A DNA stretch of 64,000 bases. Source: Candidatus Saccharicenans sp. GTDB taxonomy: Bacteria > Acidobacteriota > Aminicenantia > Aminicenantales > Saccharicenantaceae. A program made the position numbers and the translations under genes. A model generated the notes under the pieces. It saw only the letters and a program-made list of their open reading frames with translations. It had not been told where the DNA came from and ran no database searches. Shown here piece by piece: positions 59,061 to 64,000 of the stretch. The stretch spans positions 46,172-110,171 of the forward strand of contig JAOAIU010000048.1 of assembly GCA_026414545.1 (NCBI GenBank), in the 5' to 3' direction. How positions within the stretch are numbered: position 1 is the first letter of the stretch; each line of letters begins with the position of its first letter.

Positions 59061-61670
59061 ATGATGACCGAACACCGCCTTATATCAATTGCCTCCTTCA
59101 TATCTCTGCTTTTCCTGGTCCTTTCCGGACCGGTTCATTCCCAGGTAATCCCGGCGCCCGAAGAAATCCTCGGTTTTAAGGTCGGAGCCGATTACCACCT
59201 GATCACTTACGACCAGGCCATCGATTACCTGAAAAAAGTGGCTTCGGTTTCTGACCGCATCAAGCTCCAGGAAATGGGCAAGACCACAGTCGGGTTGCCT
59301 ATGTATTACGCTGTTATTTCCTCTTCCAGAAACCTGGCCGAGCTGGAAAAATACCGCGATATCATGAAAAAACTGTCCCTGGCCCGGGGCCTGAGCCCGG
59401 AAGAAGCGGCCAGACTATCCAGGGAGGGAAAGGCTGTGGTCTATATCGACGGCGGGCTCCATGCTTCCGAATGCGCCCCGGCCCAGCACCTGGTGCAGTT
59501 GGCCTACGACCTGGTCTCGGCCCGTGATGAAAAGACCATCAGAATCCTGGATGAAGTCATCTGTCTCCTGGTATTCGCCAACCCGGACGGAATGAATATG
59601 CTGGCTGAGTGGTACCACCGGAACGTGGGCACGCCCTTTGAAGTCTCTCCACTGCCTTACCTCTATCATTATTATGCCGGGCACGACAACAACCGCGATT
59701 CCTACCTGGCCAACCTGAAGGAAACCCAGCATATCACCAGGCTGGTTAATCAGGAATGGTATCCGGTCATTCTGTACAACCACCACCAGACGGCACCTTT
59801 CCCGGCCAGGATCTGGATTCCCCCCAACTCCGAGCCGACCAACCCCAACGTCCACCCGCTGATAGTCCGCTGGCAGAATCTCATCGGCTCAGCCATGGGA
59901 GCAGCCTTTGATTCCGAGGGCAAGGAAGGCGCCATTTCCCGGGTATTCTTTGACACCTGGTATCCGGGCTACGTAACCCAGGTGGTCGATTCTCACAACA
60001 TCATTTCCATCCTGACCGAAACTGCTCTTTACCGCTACGCCACGCCCAGGTTTTACACAGTCAGGGATTTCCCGGCTGAATACCAGGACCTGACCATGTC
60101 GGCCTTTTATCCCAGCCCCTGGAAAGGAGGTTGGTGGCGGCTGCGAGATGCCGTCGATTACTGCCTGACTGCTTCCAAAGCGGTTCTGGAAGTGGCTGCC
60201 AAATACCGCCAGGAATTGCTGTTCAACAAATATAAAATGGCCAGCGAGGTCATAGCCAGGTTTCAGAAAGAACCACCCTATGCCTGGATCATTCCCAGGA
60301 CCCAGAGCGACCCGGGGAATCTGGCCCTGCTGATGAACAGGCTGATTCTTCTGGGTATAGAAGTGTATGAGGCCCAGGAAGATTTTAGCTGCGACGGAAT
60401 TGCCTACCCTAAGGGCACGCTGGTCATACCCATGAGCCAGCCCTTTGCTCTGTTTGCCAAGAACATGCTGGAAGAGCAGCGTTATCCCGACCTGCGGAAA
60501 TACCCGGACCTGTGGCAGGGCCTGGTCCAGTCCAGGAAAATTGAAGGCTCACCGCTCGAAGCCTATGACATGATGGGCTGGACTCTCCCCTACCAGTTCA
60601 ACCTGAAAGTCCAGGCGGCCGGCAGTCCGGTCACAGTCAGGTTGAACCGGTTGCCCGAAGTTGCCCCTCTGACCGGCAAGGTGGAAGGTTCAGGAACGGC
60701 AGCTTTCCTGCTGGACCATGGGCAGAACGCTTCTTTCATAGCCATGAACCGCATCTTAAAGCAGAAGGGAAAAATTGCCTGGGCCAAAAAGAGTTTTGCT
60801 TACAACGGACAGAATTATCCCGAGGGGACAATAATCGCCAGCGCCATAAGCCGCAACTTCGTGGAAAAACTGGCCCGGGACCTGGGCCTCAAAATCCAGG
60901 CCTGCGCTTCCCGCCCGACAGTGGAAACGGCCGAACTCCGCTTGCCGCGCCTTGGGGTCTACCAGTCGTGGGTAGCGGTTGAAGACGAAGGCTGGACCAG
61001 GTTTGTCCTGGACGAACACGAATTTTCTTATAAGAGTTTGCATGATGCCGACATCAGGGCCGGCAACCTGGCTGCTCAATACGACACCATAGTCATCCCC
61101 GACCATTATTCTCCAGAACTCCTGGTCAATGGTTACCGCAAGGGCGACATGCCGCCCGATTATGTCGGCGGTCTGACTGCTCGTGGGGTCAACAACCTGA
61201 AGGAATTCGTCAGGCAGGGCGGCACTCTGGTCTTTCTGAATACTTCCTGCAACCTGGCCACAGGCGAATTCAGGCCGGCTGTCAGGAATGTTCTAGAAAA
61301 AGCCAGAAGGGACGAATTCAACTGTTCGGGTTCAATTCTCCTGGCCGAGTTCGACCGGTCTCATCCTGTGGCCTACGGGATGGATAGCCAGCAACCCCTG
61401 GTCTTTGCCGAAAGTTGTGCCTTTGATGTCTTTCCATCTTTTGACCAGAAGAACTCCCCAAGAATTGTGGCTAAATACAGCGCTGACAACCTGCTGCTCA
61501 GCGGCTGGATTTACGGAGAGAAACTCATCCAGCAGAAGGCGGCCATCGTTGAAGTACCCCAGGAAAAAGGCCGGTTGATTCTCCTGGGATTCCCTGTTCA
61601 ATTCAGGGCGCAGTCGCGCGGCACCTTCAAGCTGTTGTTCAATTCAATTTTTTACGGAACGGCAAAATAA
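59061..61670 (+). CDS. Secreted M14-family zinc carboxypeptidase with C-terminal GATase-like domain
   Basis: Signal peptide, GLHASE (HxxE), NPDG, DNNRD, NHHQ, LTET; C-terminal DEGWTR...FVRQGGTLV. Confidence 0.85.
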   Translation: MMTEHRLISIASFISLLFLVLSGPVHSQVIPAPEEILGFKVGADYHLITYDQAIDYLKKVASVSDRIKLQEMGKTTVGLPMYYAVISSSRNLAELEKYRDIMKKLSLARGLSPEEAARLSREGKAVVYIDGGLHASECAPAQHLVQLAYDLVSARDEKTIRILDEVICLLVFANPDGMNMLAEWYHRNVGTPFEVSPLPYLYHYYAGHDNNRDSYLANLKETQHITRLVNQEWYPVILYNHHQTAPFPARIWIPPNSEPTNPNVHPLIVRWQNLIGSAMGAAFDSEGKEGAISRVFFDTWYPGYVTQVVDSHNIISILTETALYRYATPRFYTVRDFPAEYQDLTMSAFYPSPWKGGWWRLRDAVDYCLTASKAVLEVAAKYRQELLFNKYKMASEVIARFQKEPPYAWIIPRTQSDPGNLALLMNRLILLGIEVYEAQEDFSCDGIAYPKGTLVIPMSQPFALFAKNMLEEQRYPDLRKYPDLWQGLVQSRKIEGSPLEAYDMMGWTLPYQFNLKVQAAGSPVTVRLNRLPEVAPLTGKVEGSGTAAFLLDHGQNASFIAMNRILKQKGKIAWAKKSFAYNGQNYPEGTIIASAISRNFVEKLARDLGLKIQACASRPTVETAELRLPRLGVYQSWVAVEDEGWTRFVLDEHEFSYKSLHDADIRAGNLAAQYDTIVIPDHYSPELLVNGYRKGDMPPDYVGGLTARGVNNLKEFVRQGGTLVFLNTSCNLATGEFRPAVRNVLEKARRDEFNCSGSILLAEFDRSHPVAYGMDSQQPLVFAESCAFDVFPSFDQKNSPRIVAKYSADNLLLSGWIYGEKLIQQKAAIVEVPQEKGRLILLGFPVQFRAQSRGTFKLLFNSIFYGTAK

Positions 61671-61895
61671 CTGCGCGGGGAGAAAGCTGGCCTGAAGTCT
61701 TGCTACCTGGACTTCAATGCTGCGGGCGAAAACTGTAGCCCGAGCTAAATTCTGAGGGCAGCCAATTTTTATTAAACTGTCCGGCTTCCAGTTCAACTCA
61801 CTCAGCTTTATTCCCTTCGCAGACAGATTAACCCCCGCGTATCGAGTTCATGGAGCGGCCCTCATGGCAGCTTGATGGCCAGAGCAACCGGTTCT

Positions 61896-62399
61896 TCAGA
61901 CCGCCTGCACCTGATGATTTTCTTCCACCTTGCGGACCCGGGAAGAATCGCCGGTCATCCCGGCTAGTACCGAAACCGGCAGGTGAAACAGAGGATGCAC
62001 AAAATCGGGAGCAATTTCGGCCAGCGGGACCATAACGAAATTCCTGAAACTCATCCTGGGATGGGGCACCACCAGTTTACTGGTCTGGACCACAGTTTTT
62101 TCAGCCAGCAGGATGTCGATGTCAATCACTCTGGGTCCCTTCTCCACCGCCGGGCGGCGCTTCATCTTGAGCTCGATGTCCTTTACCAGGTAAAGCAAGG
62201 CTATCGGGCTCTTAGAAGCCTCAACTTCCAGCACCTGGTTGTAGAACCAGGGCTGGTCCAGGTAATCAACCGGTTCAGTTTCGTAAATTGATGATTGCTT
62301 GATTATTCTAACTCCGGCTTTCTGGAGCAGACTGCGAGCCTGAGCCAGGTGGCGGGCCCGGTGGCCGAGGTTACTGCCGAGCGAAAGGTAGTATCTCAT
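61896..62399 (-). CDS. folK: 2-amino-4-hydroxy-6-hydroxymethyldihydropteridine diphosphokinase
   Basis: LSLGSNLG, SSIYETEP, GPRVIDIDIL, PHPRM..R.FV..PLAEI. Confidence 0.96.
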   Translation of the reverse strand: MRYYLSLGSNLGHRARHLAQARSLLQKAGVRIIKQSSIYETEPVDYLDQPWFYNQVLEVEASKSPIALLYLVKDIELKMKRRPAVEKGPRVIDIDILLAEKTVVQTSKLVVPHPRMSFRNFVMVPLAEIAPDFVHPLFHLPVSVLAGMTGDSSRVRKVEENHQVQAV

Positions 62400-62458
62400 T
62401 TTTAGCTCTAAATATTATCACCCTCAGCTCAAAAATCAATACTGACCGACAAAAAAAA

Positions 62459-64000
62459 TTATTTTTTACCGAAAGCCGGACCGCGGATTATCATCCCCGG
62501 ACGCGCACCGGTAAATTTTCCTTTTTCCAGCACCGGCCGGCCGTTAACCAGAACATAGACTACCCCCCGGCTGTGTTGGTGGGGTTCAGCATAGGTGGCC
62601 GCATCTTTGACCTCTAAGGGGTCAAAGATGGTCAGGTCGGCATAATAGCCTTCCCTTATCATTCCCCGTTCTTTGAGCCTCATGGTCTGGGCCGGCAGAC
62701 AGGTCATTTTTCTTATAGCTTCTTCCAGGGTGATTATATGCCTTTGCCTGACATATTCACCTAGAATTCTGGTAAAGGTGCCATAACTCCTGGGGTGCGG
62801 GCTCCCCTGCCCGGCCACCTGCAGGCCTCCGTCAGAGCCGATCATCACGTACGGCAGCCTCATCAGCGCTTCCACGTCTCTTTCATCCATCTGGAAAAAG
62901 ATGGCCGAAACATCCCCTTCTTTAACCAGGTCGATAATCAAATCTGCCCCGTTTTCGACTGTGGCCGGTTTGCCCCGCAGTTCCAGGATCTGCTTCAGGT
63001 TTTTGCCTTCATATTCCGGGAATTTGCGGCTATTGGCCAGGTATATAGTTTCTAATTTATCTATTCCCCGGTTGGAAGTCAGTCGGCTTCTGATAACTGC
63101 CTGTTTAACCCGGGAATAGACCTCCGGGTTCTGTAGCCTCTCCAGGAATTTTTCCCGACCACCCTCAAAAACATCCTGGGGCAGGCTGCTGGTAAAACCG
63201 GAACTGGTGGCAGTATAGGGATACTGGTCCATGGTCACTTCCACTCCCCTGGTTCTGGCTGCTTCCACCGGGGCTGTTATTCTTTCCAGCTGGTTCCAGA
63301 CATCCTCATCGGCCAGCTTGATGTGGGAAATCTGGACCGGGATTCCGTTCTTCTCGCCGATGGTTATGGCTTCTTCGATAGCTTCGGTAATTTTTTTGCC
63401 CTGGTTTCTGATATGGGAAGCATAGAAGCCACCCACAGCAGATAGCACCGAGGCCAGCTCCACCAGTTCCTCGGTCCTGGAATAGGTTCCGGGCAGATAG
63501 GCAAGCCCGGTAGAAAGGCCGACGGCCCCGGCCAACATTTCCTGCCGCAGCAAGTCTTTCATCCTCATCATTTCTTCAGCGGTCGGGGCTTCCATTTTCA
63601 GGCCCATGACCTGGCGGCGGATGGTGTTATGCCCGGCCAGAGAGGCGAAATTGCAGGCTATGCCCTTTTTCTCGATGCCAGAAAACAACTCTCCCAGGGG
63701 AAAATCATGGTCGCCGCAGTTGCCTCCGACCAGGGTGGTCACTCCCTGGGAAATGTAATTCTCGCAGCCGGGAATGTCCAGCAGGTCCCGGTCGGCATGG
63801 GTGTGAATATCGATGAAGCCTGGGGCTACGGCCAGTCCTTCCGCTTCAATTACCCTGGTAGCTTTGCCCGGGTCGATCCGGCCGCTGACCGCCACAATCC
63901 TTGCCCCCTTAATGCCGATATCGGCCCGGAACCAAGGGTTGCCACTGCCGTCGAAGACCCGGCCGTTCTTGATGACCAGGTCATATCTTACTTCCGCTTT
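62459..64000 (-). CDS. N-acyl-D-amino-acid deacylase (D-aminoacylase family amidohydrolase), 5' end outside window
   Basis: YDLVIKNGRVFDGSG, PGFIDIHTH, GNCG, SHIR, SHIK, IGSDG, HPRSYGTF. Confidence 0.9.
   Translation of the reverse strand, partial: KAEVRYDLVIKNGRVFDGSGNPWFRADIGIKGARIVAVSGRIDPGKATRVIEAEGLAVAPGFIDIHTHADRDLLDIPGCENYISQGVTTLVGGNCGDHDFPLGELFSGIEKKGIACNFASLAGHNTIRRQVMGLKMEAPTAEEMMRMKDLLRQEMLAGAVGLSTGLAYLPGTYSRTEELVELASVLSAVGGFYASHIRNQGKKITEAIEEAITIGEKNGIPVQISHIKLADEDVWNQLERITAPVEAARTRGVEVTMDQYPYTATSSGFTSSLPQDVFEGGREKFLERLQNPEVYSRVKQAVIRSRLTSNRGIDKLETIYLANSRKFPEYEGKNLKQILELRGKPATVENGADLIIDLVKEGDVSAIFFQMDERDVEALMRLPYVMIGSDGGLQVAGQGSPHPRSYGTFTRILGEYVRQRHIITLEEAIRKMTCLPAQTMRLKERGMIREGYYADLTIFDPLEVKDAATYAEPHQHSRGVVYVLVNGRPVLEKGKFTGARPGMIIRGPAFGKK

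Noticed and set aside
1-64000. KOPS (GGGNAGGG) polarity switching at dif
   Set aside because: Several sites fit (e.g. near 5293 and 14164 on plus; near 47195, 50631 and 51453 on minus), but counter-examples exist (near 14799, 36990, 39052). A count by eye is not enough to claim it.

Overview
Ordinary chromosomal DNA (about 55% GC by eye) from an anaerobic, protein- and peptide-degrading bacterium. Gene content and style suggest Acidobacteriota/Ca. Aminicenantes, which is inference only. The window holds glycogen genes with an embedded two-component pair, a four-gene corrinoid methyltransferase module, many secreted peptidases, rho-lon-clpX-clpP-tig with tRNA-Leu, alaS, pilT, an hrcA-grpE-dnaK-dnaJ operon with a CIRCE-like site, split saccharopine pathway genes, cysS and folK. 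No transposase, phage gene or CRISPR array was seen. The main signal is an AT-rich patch at about 28.8-31.6 kb. There a parAB operon ends 34 bp before a clear 28-bp XerC/XerD dif site, is preceded by a novel 16-bp palindrome (TGTCGGCCTGCCGACA) and an IHF site, and encodes a ParB with a non-canonical recognition helix. This is a candidate terminus-located ParABS-type system. Secondary leads are a folate-free methylamine-to-homocysteine corrinoid module, a Tat-signalled TldD, an active plus inactive M14 peptidase pair, a Lon lacking its long helix, a lidless DnaK, and a trypsin-TPR protein with Cys in place of the catalytic Ser.
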